Positions 25,366-34,410 of a stretch of 38,775 nt of DNA are shown in pieces. The notes below the pieces were generated by a model, which did not search any database, was not told where the DNA came from, and saw nothing but the letters and a program-made list of their open reading frames with translations. The stretch is from Candidatus Sulfobium sp. (GTDB lineage Bacteria > Nitrospirota > Thermodesulfovibrionia > Thermodesulfovibrionales > UBA6898), in contig JARRRI010000018.1 in NCBI GenBank assembly GCA_037380845.1, forward strand, positions 4,034 to 42,808, read 5' to 3'. Position numbers and translations under genes: made by a program. Each line of letters opens with the position of its first letter. Within the stretch, counting starts at the first letter, position 1.

Positions 25366-26112
25366 ATGAATGAAGACGGGGGGAGCACGAAGACCGCCGG
25401 AATAATAATCATCGGGAATGAAATACTTTCCGGGAAGGTGCGCGATTCGAATTCCTTCTACCTCGCCTCCGAATTAAGGTCGCTGGGAGTGAAGCTGATG
25501 CGGATAACCGTGATACCCGATGAAATCGGGATAATAGGCAGCGAGGCGGCGATGTTTTCGCAGACCTACGACTACGTGTTCACTGCAGGAGGGGTCGGTC
25601 CAACTCATGATGATGTGACGATGGCGGGCATAGCGCACGGGTTCGGGATAAAGCTGATTGTTCACCCCGCTCTCGAACAGCGGTTCAGGCGGCGCTACGG
25701 TGATGGCTGCAACGAGGCCATAATGAAAATGGCGGTTGTGCCGGAGGGGACGCATATAATCACCCACGAGGGGATGCGCTTTCCGGTGATGACTTTCAGG
25801 AACATCTTTATCCTGCCCGGCATACCCGAATACCTGAGGGAAAAATTTACAGTCATAAAAGAGAGGTTCAGGTCCTCCTCTTACTGCCTCAGAAAGTTCT
25901 TCATAAACGCCGATGAATCGGACATCACGGCCGTTCTCAATTCCGTGGTCTCGGAAAATCCCGATGTATCGTTCGGCTCTTATCCCGTTGTCGGCAACCC
26001 CGAATACAAGGTGGTGGTGACGGCGGAATGCAAGTCGGATGACCTGCTGGGTAAGGCGGTGAAGGCGCTTGAGGGGAGGCTCCCCGAGGATATAGTCGTA
26101 AGGATCGAATAG
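25366..26112 (+). CDS. CinA N-terminal / molybdopterin-binding-domain protein (no PncC domain)
   Basis: IIIIGNEILSGKVRDSN, GGVGPTHDDVT, LPGIP, GSYP. Confidence 0.9.
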   Translation: MNEDGGSTKTAGIIIIGNEILSGKVRDSNSFYLASELRSLGVKLMRITVIPDEIGIIGSEAAMFSQTYDYVFTAGGVGPTHDDVTMAGIAHGFGIKLIVHPALEQRFRRRYGDGCNEAIMKMAVVPEGTHIITHEGMRFPVMTFRNIFILPGIPEYLREKFTVIKERFRSSSYCLRKFFINADESDITAVLNSVVSENPDVSFGSYPVVGNPEYKVVVTAECKSDDLLGKAVKALEGRLPEDIVVRIE

Positions 26113-26128
26113 CTGACGCGGGTACCGC

Positions 26129-26683
26129 ATGGGACACAAGAGAATCCTGGGAAAGACAACGGACTTCATAACGGGGCGCGAGATCACCGATACCGACGAC
26201 GAGAGATACCGCCAGAAGCTTGCGCGGTTCCTGGTCGAAAAGAAAGGCTATGAAAAAGAGGATATCGGGGTGAAACTGAAACTGGAGATGTCCATCGAAA
26301 AGAGGACGGTCATTTCCATGGTGGATCTTGTCGTCAGGGTGGGGGGCAGGAATTTCATGGTTATAAGATACGGTCCGGGGTCGATCGTCACGCGGGAGCG
26401 TCCCTCTCTCGCGTCAGCGCGGCTACTTGGGACTTACCAGGTGCCTTTTACGGTGGTGACCAACGGAGAAGACGCCGAGGTCCTGGACACCGACTCGGGG
26501 GAAGTAATCGGGACGGGCCTCGAATCCATACCCGACAAAAAGGAAGCGCTGGAGCGTCTGGACCACGTCACCTTCCGGCAGCTGTCACCGGAGAGGATCG
26601 AGGCCGAAAAGAGGGTCCTTTCGGCCTACGACTGGCTCGAACACTCCCTGGAATGCGACGACGACTGGTGCGCAACGGAGTAA
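26129..26683 (+). CDS. Stand-alone type I restriction HsdR N-terminal-like domain protein
   Basis: ERYRQKLARFLVEKKGY, VDLVV, VVTNG motifs; no hsdM or hsdS nearby. Confidence 0.75.
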   Translation: MGHKRILGKTTDFITGREITDTDDERYRQKLARFLVEKKGYEKEDIGVKLKLEMSIEKRTVISMVDLVVRVGGRNFMVIRYGPGSIVTRERPSLASARLLGTYQVPFTVVTNGEDAEVLDTDSGEVIGTGLESIPDKKEALERLDHVTFRQLSPERIEAEKRVLSAYDWLEHSLECDDDWCATE

Positions 26684-26736
26684 CTCCCCCTTCCCCCCTC
26701 TTATCTGAAGAGGGGGTGCCGGAGGCGGGGCGTTAT
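26681..26736. repeat. REP-like nested hairpin between convergent genes
   Basis: CCCCCTCTT-ATCTG-AAGAGGGGG core flanked by TAACTCCCC ... GGGGCGTTA. Confidence 0.55.
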
Positions 26737-26796
26737 CGCTGAGTCTATCCTTACCTTAGAAGAAGGCGCCTTTACTGTTCCCCGTCCCAGCTGTTC

Positions 26797-27546
26797 CTAT
26801 TTTCCTGAGACTGGCTGCAGTTTCGGCATGGGCGTCTTCCCTTCGGACAGGACATCCCCCTTGATGCCTATGACCACTTCGCGGTACGGGAGGTCCTTCT
26901 TTGACGCCTGGATCGCCTGCTTCACCAGGTATGACAGACCGCCGCAGCAGGGTACTTCCATCCTGAGCACGGTGACGCTCCTGATCGAATTTCCGGCTAA
27001 TATTTCGCTCAGTTTCTCGTAATAATACTGGGCGTCGTCGAGTTTCGGACAGGCGATCAGCAGCTTTTTCCCCCTGACGAACCTGCTCTGGAAATTCGGG
27101 GTAGAGAAGGCTGTGCAGTCGGCCGCCAGCAGGAGGTCGGCATCCTCAAAATAAGGGGCCGTAGTCGCGACCAGCTTCAACTGGACCGGCCAGTTGGTGA
27201 GTTCGGACCTGGCCTCGGCCACCGCCGCGGGCGTTTCACCCCTTTCTGAAAAATCGATGGGCCTTGTGCCCGGGCATCCGTGGAATTCCGCCTTCTTCGT
27301 TTTGACCGCCTCCATGTGTTTGTGTGTGGCCTCTTCGTCAAAGGGGTCGGACTCCCTCTTCACAACAGACAGGGCCCCGGTGGGACAGCTGCCCAGGCAT
27401 GCCCCGAGGCCGTCGCAGTAAATCTCCTTTACCAGCTTCGCCTTGCCGTCCACGATCTGAAGCGCCGATTCGACGCAGTCCACAACGCACTGGCCGCAGC
27501 CGTTGCACTTGTCTTCATCAATGTTTATGATATCTCTCAATGCCAT
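26797..27546 (-). CDS. 4Fe-4S ferredoxin-domain protein (family often linked to hcp)
   Basis: CNGCGQCVVDC, CDGLGACLGSCP, GCPG, WPVQL, AADC, ACPKLD, MEVPCC. Confidence 0.88.
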   Translation of the reverse strand: MALRDIINIDEDKCNGCGQCVVDCVESALQIVDGKAKLVKEIYCDGLGACLGSCPTGALSVVKRESDPFDEEATHKHMEAVKTKKAEFHGCPGTRPIDFSERGETPAAVAEARSELTNWPVQLKLVATTAPYFEDADLLLAADCTAFSTPNFQSRFVRGKKLLIACPKLDDAQYYYEKLSEILAGNSIRSVTVLRMEVPCCGGLSYLVKQAIQASKKDLPYREVVIGIKGDVLSEGKTPMPKLQPVSGK

Positions 27547-27581
27547 TTCGCACCTCCGGATGATTTCCTGATTCTTGATTT

Positions 27582-27623
27582 AGTATAGAAGATGTGGGGA
27601 AGGCTTTCTATGATCTATATCAT
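27582..27623 (-). promoter_or_regulatory. Class II FNR/Dnr/HcpR-type promoter of the Fe-S gene
   Basis: ATGAT-N4-ATCAT palindrome (27610-27623) centred at -41.5 when TATACT (27582-27587) is taken as -12..-7. Confidence 0.65.
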
Positions 27624-27740
27624 CCGGACTTGTTTCAGAGGGACGACGGCGACGCCGTTTCCGGACTCGGGAGAAAAGGGACATCGGGCAGCGGCCGGTC
27701 AGCTTTGGTCAGGGGCCGCCGCCCTGGCGGCAACCGAAGG

Positions 27741-28055
27741 TCAGTGAACTTTAGCCAGCCTCCGTTTCTCGGCAGCATACGCCTTTTTGCCGGCATCGAA
27801 AGAGGCTGAGACAAGCGATCTCCTTTCACTGAAGTAATCCCTTGCCTTCCTTGCAGAGCCGGTCATTTTATCTCTGCCGCGCAGCGTGTAGCACTGGGCA
27901 CGATCCTTCACGTCGCCCGCATACCGGCCGATCCTGTGCCTTGTCTCCTTGCCTGACCCCGGGGCGAAGAGCAGAGCCGTACCCGTCCCAGCCAGGCTGC
28001 CGAGAATAAATGTCGCGGACTTCATGAACTTATTATGTCTGTGTCTTGTGAACAT
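27741..28055 (-). CDS. YtxH domain-containing protein
   Basis: FILGSLAGTGTALLFAPGSGKETR motif; RBS AAGGAGG before ATG 28055. Confidence 0.88.
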   Translation of the reverse strand: MFTRHRHNKFMKSATFILGSLAGTGTALLFAPGSGKETRHRIGRYAGDVKDRAQCYTLRGRDKMTGSARKARDYFSERRSLVSASFDAGKKAYAAEKRRLAKVH

Positions 28056-28242
28056 TGTTTTCCTCCTTTCTGCTTCATTTACTTCTCCTATAAAAATATT
28101 ATTGCGGGTTTCGTAAATTAGCAACTATGTAATGAGTGGAAGAAGCCGTCTGTATGACCAGAATTGAACCGTTTGCCGCGGAAATGCCCTGAAATCAGGT
28201 AATAGCTCGCTCTGGCTCAGGTTTGAAGGTTGTGAGACCGAA

Positions 28243-29889
28243 TCAGAGCGGCCTCCATGACCGCCTGTCGCTTTCAATCAGCCTGCAGGCATCCGACGGG
28301 CCTTCCGAGCCGGCTTCATAATTCGGGAACTCCCGGGGGTCCGCCCCGGCTTCCAGTTTTTCCAGGAGAGGCGTCAGCAGAGCCCAGGTCTGCTCCACCG
28401 CGTCCTGCCTCACAAAGAGCATCTGGTCCCCCTGCATGCAGTCCAGAAGGACGCGATCGTAATCACCGAGGGAAAAGACCTTCTGGTAGGCAAAATCCAT
28501 GTACACCGGGGCGAGGCAGACCTTGGTGCCCGGTCTCTTGCCTTCAAAGACGATGCTGATCCCCTCGTCAGGCTGCACCCTGATGACCAGGGTGTTCGGT
28601 TCTATGCGCTCCTCCAGCGTCTTTGCAAACATCAGATGGGGCACCTGTCTGTAGTGGATGGATATCTCCGCCTTCTTCCTCTTCAGCCGCTTGCCTGAGC
28701 GGAGATAGAAAGGCACCCCGTTCCATCTCCAGTTGTCGACGTGGACCTTGAGGGCCGCAAAGGTCGGTGTTACCGAGGCGGCGGAGATCCCGGGCTCCTC
28801 CCTGTAAGCCCTTGCCCTGCCGCCCATGACCTCGCCCGGGCCGTACTGCCCCAGAACGGCGAAGTCGCCGGGTCTGTCCAGGGGAAAGGGCCTGATCGAA
28901 CGGAACAGCTTGACCTTCTCATCCCTCACGCTTTCCGCTTCGAACGCAGACGGCGGTTCCATCGCCGTCAGGGCAAGGAGCTGGAAGAGGTGGTTCTGAA
29001 ACATGTCCCTGATGACCCCGGCCTTCTCGTAGTAGCCCGCCCGGTGCCCCACGCCGATAGTCTCCGAGACGGTTATCTGCACGTGGTCCACGTAGCGCCT
29101 GTTCCACAGCGGTTCGAAGATCGAGTTGGCGAACCTGAACATGAGTATGTTCTGGACCGTCTCCTTTGCAAGGTAATGGTCGATGCGGTATATCTGGTCC
29201 TCCCTGAACGGCTTCCGCAGGACTTCATTCAATCTCTTCGAGGAATCGAGGTCCCAGCCTATCGGCTTTTCGACAACGATCTGGACATTCCTCCCGCCCG
29301 CCCGCGAAAGACCGGAAGCTGCTATGTTGGACGCGATCGGTTCATAGATCCCCGGAGGAACGGCGAGATAGTAAATCCGCTTTCCCGACAGGCGGTATTT
29401 CTTTTCGAGGGCGGCGATCTTCCCCTTAAGGGAACGGTAGTCATCCTTCCGCCCGTAATCCAGCGGCAGATAGTACAGTCTGCCGGAAAACCCGCTCCAT
29501 ATGTCGTCCCTGAAATCATGCGGGAATGCGCCCTTCACGGCCTCCCGCATCCCGGCGCGGAAGTCCGGGTTCTTCATCTGCGACCTTGCCGTGCCGAGGA
29601 TAAAGAAATTCTCCGGCAGAAGCTTGTCCCTGTAAAGCCGGTACAGGGAGGGCAGCAGCTTCCGCTGCATGAGGTCACCGGAGGCGCCGAAAACGGTCAT
29701 GCCGAACGGTCCCGGGATTTCGATCTGGCAATTGTCGACCGTCCGGTAAGCCGGCTCAATGCCTGCAGTCCCGCAGGCCGCCGTTATTTCTTCTTCTGCC
29801 ACGGCACTGTCCTTCGCCCTTTCATATTCTTCCGCCTTGAGTACATAATTCCTTTTAACATAATTCCCGGTCCCGCGCAATCGGTCCAT
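28243..29889 (-). CDS. zwf: Glucose-6-phosphate 1-dehydrogenase
   Basis: FGASGDL, EKP, RIDHYLAKE, RDMFQNH, RWNGVPFYLRSGK. Start may lie further downstream. Confidence 0.97.
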   Translation of the reverse strand: MDRLRGTGNYVKRNYVLKAEEYERAKDSAVAEEEITAACGTAGIEPAYRTVDNCQIEIPGPFGMTVFGASGDLMQRKLLPSLYRLYRDKLLPENFFILGTARSQMKNPDFRAGMREAVKGAFPHDFRDDIWSGFSGRLYYLPLDYGRKDDYRSLKGKIAALEKKYRLSGKRIYYLAVPPGIYEPIASNIAASGLSRAGGRNVQIVVEKPIGWDLDSSKRLNEVLRKPFREDQIYRIDHYLAKETVQNILMFRFANSIFEPLWNRRYVDHVQITVSETIGVGHRAGYYEKAGVIRDMFQNHLFQLLALTAMEPPSAFEAESVRDEKVKLFRSIRPFPLDRPGDFAVLGQYGPGEVMGGRARAYREEPGISAASVTPTFAALKVHVDNWRWNGVPFYLRSGKRLKRKKAEISIHYRQVPHLMFAKTLEERIEPNTLVIRVQPDEGISIVFEGKRPGTKVCLAPVYMDFAYQKVFSLGDYDRVLLDCMQGDQMLFVRQDAVEQTWALLTPLLEKLEAGADPREFPNYEAGSEGPSDACRLIESDRRSWRPL

Positions 29890-30064
29890 TTGCGCCTCTC
29901 CCGGACCTCCGGGTATCCGCGGCTGTCATGAAACCGGAGTAAACAGTTTTTTGATCATCCCCGCCTTTCCGATAGAATGTAGAAATAGAGACCGTCATCT
30001 TGGGACGGATAACAGCCGGGCCGGCGAGACCCGGCTACAAACCTTCACCGTAAATGAGGACACC

Positions 30065-30976
30065 ATGAAGAAGATAGAACTGCTGGCTTTGAGGACAATA
30101 CCCGAGATCAAACCCGGCGACGACCTGGGAGAAATGATCTCGCTGGCCGCCGGGAAAGAAACCGGCCCCCTCCTGGACAGGGACATCGTCATTGTCACCA
30201 TGAAGGTCGTCTCCAAGGCCGAGGGTTGTCTTCTGCAACTCGACAGGATCAACCCCTCTGAAAGAGCCGGTCGCATCGCGGCAAAGACCGGCAAACCCGC
30301 CCGGCTTGTCCAGGCTATTCTGGACCACAGTGAAAAGGTCCTGGGGGTGGTCCCTTTGTATAAACTGATCGCAGAGGGAATCGTCGATCCCGGGATTTTT
30401 TCCGGCAGGCCCGAACAGGCTATGGAACTGATAAGGCATGACCCCGCCTTCCTGATAACGGTCGACAGCCGGGGCGAAGTTTACAGCGATGCGGGCGTGG
30501 ACACTTCCAATCACCCGGAGGGCATTGCGAGTTATCCGCCTGCCGATCCGGACCGTTCGGCCGGGGAGATCCGGCAGAGCATCAGAAAATGCGCCGGCGC
30601 GGATGTTGCTGTCGTAGTTGCGGATACCGAACTTTTCTTCATGGGCACGGTCGACGTGCCCAGGGGAGTTTCAGGCGTGCCTTTGCGTTCAAAGAGATTT
30701 GCCTGTGAGGACCTCTTCAACAGGCCGAAGTACGGCGGAGTCGACGCCATCGCCTTTGAGCTTACGGCAGCGGCAAGCCTGCTCTTCGGGCAGACGAACG
30801 AGGGGGTGCCGGCGGTTATCGTCAGGGGCTGCGACTACGGGATGACAGATGAGGTTGAACTGGGTCTGAATATTTCCTCGGCCAGGAGAGCCCTGAAGGA
30901 AATCGTGGAGGCGTCCGTCAGGCTGCGCCTTTCGGAATATCCCGACAGGTTCCGCCGTCTCTTCAGAAACGACTGA
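30065..30976 (+). CDS. Coenzyme F420-0:L-glutamate ligase (CofE)-like protein
   Basis: IPEIKPGDDL, KVVSKAEG, AGVDTSN, PADPDRSA, ADTE, AAASLLFGQTNEGVPAVIVRG. RBS GAGGA before ATG 30065. Confidence 0.85.
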   Translation: MKKIELLALRTIPEIKPGDDLGEMISLAAGKETGPLLDRDIVIVTMKVVSKAEGCLLQLDRINPSERAGRIAAKTGKPARLVQAILDHSEKVLGVVPLYKLIAEGIVDPGIFSGRPEQAMELIRHDPAFLITVDSRGEVYSDAGVDTSNHPEGIASYPPADPDRSAGEIRQSIRKCAGADVAVVVADTELFFMGTVDVPRGVSGVPLRSKRFACEDLFNRPKYGGVDAIAFELTAAASLLFGQTNEGVPAVIVRGCDYGMTDEVELGLNISSARRALKEIVEASVRLRLSEYPDRFRRLFRND

Positions 30977-31082
30977 CAGCCATATTCAGGATTTCTCCTT
31001 CGATACCGGCAGCCCCGTTTTTCTGCTATCCTTTAAGAAAAAGGAGGCTGGGGATTGCCGGAAAAAATAGCGTGAAGGCCTT

Positions 31083-31562
31083 ATGGCCGGACAAGGTGAA
31101 ATAATGTCGGGACTGAGGTTTGCTGGCAGGTTACTCGCCGGCTTCGTCGCCGGTTTCTTTGCTACCCTGATTTTCCACCAGTTGACGCTGGCAGTGCTGT
31201 GGGTGGTCGGCGTGGCACCATTCGGGCCTTTCTCGATGGCTGCAACCCGGCCCTTCGGAGTGCCCGCGGTCATCTCCCTGGCGTTCTGGGGCGGCGTCTG
31301 GGGTATTTTATTCGCGGTGATCGAACGGACCTTTCCGCGCCGGGGCTACTGGCTGACGATATTTCTGTTTGGCGCCATTTTCCCCTCGCTGGTCGCTCTT
31401 CTGGTGGTGCTGCCTCTCAGAGGCCGGCCTGCCGGGGGCGGATGGCACATACCACTTCTGGTGACGGCTGTCCTGGTCAACGGGGCCTGGGGCATCGGTA
31501 CCGGTCTGATCTTCAAAGCCCTTTCGCCCCGGTCCGGCGGACACCGTAGCCCACGGCCCTGA
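31083..31562 (+). CDS. Hypothetical integral membrane protein (about 4 TM)
   Basis: Hydrophobic segments; PFGVPAVISLAFWGGVWG, VNGAWGIG. Confidence 0.8.
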   Translation: MAGQGEIMSGLRFAGRLLAGFVAGFFATLIFHQLTLAVLWVVGVAPFGPFSMAATRPFGVPAVISLAFWGGVWGILFAVIERTFPRRGYWLTIFLFGAIFPSLVALLVVLPLRGRPAGGGWHIPLLVTAVLVNGAWGIGTGLIFKALSPRSGGHRSPRP

Positions 31563-31821
31563 AGCTTGGGATATATGAAATCCCGTTCCTCACGGCAGTC
31601 CTGCTATGGATCATCTCCTGCAACGCCTCATTGTGGGCGGTCGCTTCGCCTCCCGGGGGCAGCTTGAAATCGGGCATGTTTCGGCATATGGCTGCAGTGC
31701 AATAAAGACTCTTTCGGGCCTTTTTTCAGTTTAACACTCGCCGCTGATTTATTTCATCGGAGCGGGTTCCGGACACTTTGGCAGGCGGCAGGATGTGTTA
31801 GATTAAAAGAAAGGCATAATC

Positions 31822-32823
31822 ATGATTAACCGAAGGGAGTTTGTGATAGGCGCCTCGGCGGTGATGCTTTCCATGTCGGGTCTCCACGGAAATGAACCCG
31901 CGGCAGGCGGCCTGCCGGGCAGGCCTGAAGGGCAAAAATCAGGCCGTGTCGCCCTGGTGCGCACTTCCGACCGGACGCACGGCGTAGAAAAGGCCGTAGA
32001 CCTCCTCGATATAAACCCTGTGAAGGGGAAGCGGGTGCTTATAAAGCCCAACTACAATACCGCCGATCCTTATCCCGGCGCCACACATAACGATACCCTG
32101 GTCAGTCTGATCGGCCAACTCAGGCGGATGGAGGCGGCGTCATTGACGATAGGAGAGCGGAGCGGACCCCCGTCCACGGCGAGTGTCATGGAGGAAAAGG
32201 GCATCGGCAGCATCTGCAGGGAGCATGATGTCGGACTGATCAATTTCGAAGATCTGCCCCCGGGGGAATGGATCAGGATGAGGCCGGAGCAGAGCCACTG
32301 GAACGACGGCTTCGATGTCGCCGGACCGGTGCTTGACGCCGAATGCGTGGTCTCCACCTGCTGCCTGAAGACCCACGGATACGGCGGGGTCTTCACCATG
32401 TCATTGAAGCTTTCTGTCGGCATCACCCACAAACGGAACATGACCGAACTCCACTCGTCGTTCCGGTCCATGCGTAAGATGATCGCCGAGATAAACCAGG
32501 TGTATTCACCGTCCCTCATAGTGCTCGACGGTATTGAGGCCTTTGTCGACGGTGGTCCCATGACGGGGAAGAAGAAGCGGGCGGATGTCATTCTTGCGGG
32601 TACCGACCGGATCGCGGTAGATGCGGCCGGTCTTGCGGTCCTCAAGGAGCTGGGCAGCAACAGGGCGATCATGGGGAGGAAGATCTTCGAGCAGGAGCAG
32701 ATCGCCAGGGCCGTTGAGCTGGGCCTCGGCGTGAGCAGGCCCGGGGACGTGGAACTCGTTACCGGCGATGACAAAAGCAGGGCCTATGCCGGGAAACTCA
32801 AGGACATACTCCTTCAGGGCTAG
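31822..32823 (+). CDS. DUF362 domain protein with Tat signal
   Basis: NRREF Tat motif, VLIKPN, LKTH..TMSLK, DRIAVDA. Confidence 0.88.
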   Translation: MINRREFVIGASAVMLSMSGLHGNEPAAGGLPGRPEGQKSGRVALVRTSDRTHGVEKAVDLLDINPVKGKRVLIKPNYNTADPYPGATHNDTLVSLIGQLRRMEAASLTIGERSGPPSTASVMEEKGIGSICREHDVGLINFEDLPPGEWIRMRPEQSHWNDGFDVAGPVLDAECVVSTCCLKTHGYGGVFTMSLKLSVGITHKRNMTELHSSFRSMRKMIAEINQVYSPSLIVLDGIEAFVDGGPMTGKKKRADVILAGTDRIAVDAAGLAVLKELGSNRAIMGRKIFEQEQIARAVELGLGVSRPGDVELVTGDDKSRAYAGKLKDILLQG

Positions 32824-33010
32824 CCCGGATTATTCATGAAATGTGGCAGACGCGAAAGGACACAGTATTTTCGCTCATTCCCGGTCGTTACGACCTCCGA
32901 GGAACTTGCCCTTTTATTTTGGGATACACAGCGTCTGAATATCGGGCAAGTAAAACCGCTCAAACACTATGTCCTTTCGCCATGCAGGAAAATTTGTGAA
33001 TAAAGTGGGA
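32823..33010. mobile_element. MITE-like element with long imperfect terminal inverted repeats, flanked by TA
   Basis: Left end GCCCGGATTATTCA...GCGAAAGGACACAGT; right end (reverse complement) TCCCACTTTATTCA...GCGAAAGGACATAGT. Inner ACTTGCCC/GGGCAAGT pair. TA at 32821-32822 and 33011-33012. Confidence 0.7.
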
Positions 33011-33249
33011 TAGCCTTCACCCCTTCGGTTCGACCGCCCATGTATCCCTTGCTCTTTGAAACACAGTCGGCGTCCATTCGCCGCCGGAAGAAATCTCCCG
33101 AAAACAGGCTGACCACTGCTTTATAGCGGAATTTAAGGCAAACTTCTGGTGCAATGAAGCTGGAATCACCGATTAACCCGCTGACCTGACTGTACAGGCG
33201 TCATGTGATACACTGGTAACAGAGCGTGGAATGCTCCAGGAGGATAGGG

Positions 33250-34371
33250 ATGTCTGAACTTTTCGAGCGCAGCGCAATAAGAGGGATGGAGCTGGCAAAC
33301 CGGTTCGTACGGTCTGCCACATGGGAGGGGCTTGCGGCAGGGGACGGCGCGGTCACTCCGAGGCTGACGGAAATGATGGTTGAACTGGTCCGGGGAGAGG
33401 CCGGCCTGATCATAACGAGCTATGCCTTCGTCAGCCCGGAGGGCAGGTCGAATCCCACCCAGATCGGCGCCTGCGACGACGGTCTTCTTCCGGGACTCGC
33501 CGATATGGCCCGCGCGGTGCATGCGGCTGGAGGGAAGATTGCATTACAGCTGGTCCATGGGGGATGCGCGTCAAACCCCGGAGTCACCGGCCTTGGACCC
33601 CTTGGACCTTCGGAGGGGACCAGGGAAGGCATGCTCAGGTGCCGGGCCGCGTCCGGAGAGGATATCGCGAGGATCATCTCCGACTTTGCCGGGGCGGCAG
33701 CCAGGGCGAAACAGGCGGGGTTCGACGCGGTGCAGCTCCATGCGGCCCATGGCTTTCTGCTGAGCCAGTTCCTGTCGCCCGCGTTCAACGGCAGAACGGA
33801 CGATTACGGCGGTTCGCCGGAAAACCGTGCGCGGCTGCTGCTTGAGGTGGTGCGGGCAGTCAGGGAGGCGGCAGGTCCGGCGTACCCGGTTCTGGTAAAG
33901 ATCAACTCCGAGGATTTCCTTGAAGGGGGCATGACGCGTGAAGAGTCGGTGGAGGTTTCCGCCATGCTTGAAAAGGCCTCCGTGGACGCCATAGAGATTT
34001 CGGGAGGGACTGTGATATCCCCCGAAAAATTATCTCCCGTCAGACCGGGCAGGCTGCAGACTCCGAGGGAGGAGGTATTCTACAGGGAGGCCGCGGAGCT
34101 TTACAGGAAGAGGGTGTCCGTTCCGCTTATCCTGGTGGGGGGCATCCGGTCATTTGAGGTGGCAGAGGGACTGGTGCGCGGAGGGACCGCCGACTACATA
34201 TCGATGAGCAGGCCGCTCATATGCGAGCCGGCTCTGGTGAGGCGCTGGAGGGAGGGCGACCGCCGCCGTTCGGAATGCGTCTCGGACAACGCTTGCTTCA
34301 CGCCGGCCTCAGAGGGCAGGGGCATCTACTGCGTTACCATGCAGAAGAAGAGGAGCAAAGCCGGCGCATAA
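33250..34371 (+). CDS. NADH:flavin oxidoreductase (Old Yellow Enzyme family)
   Basis: NRFVRSATWE, QLVHGG, GFDAVQLHAAHGFLLSQFLSP, DDYGGSPENR, SRPLICEP. Confidence 0.93.
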   Translation: MSELFERSAIRGMELANRFVRSATWEGLAAGDGAVTPRLTEMMVELVRGEAGLIITSYAFVSPEGRSNPTQIGACDDGLLPGLADMARAVHAAGGKIALQLVHGGCASNPGVTGLGPLGPSEGTREGMLRCRAASGEDIARIISDFAGAAARAKQAGFDAVQLHAAHGFLLSQFLSPAFNGRTDDYGGSPENRARLLLEVVRAVREAAGPAYPVLVKINSEDFLEGGMTREESVEVSAMLEKASVDAIEISGGTVISPEKLSPVRPGRLQTPREEVFYREAAELYRKRVSVPLILVGGIRSFEVAEGLVRGGTADYISMSRPLICEPALVRRWREGDRRRSECVSDNACFTPASEGRGIYCVTMQKKRSKAGA

Positions 34372-34410
34372 GAGCCGGGCCATGCGTCATCCGGCCTGAA
34401 AACGGTTTCA

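Noticed and set aside
26129..26683. Type I restriction-modification system
   Set aside because: No helicase domain, hsdM or hsdS in the window.
31575..31645. PFLTAVLLWIIS..ASLWAV frame resembling the C-terminus of a YeiH-type membrane protein
   Set aside because: Too short to support without a search.
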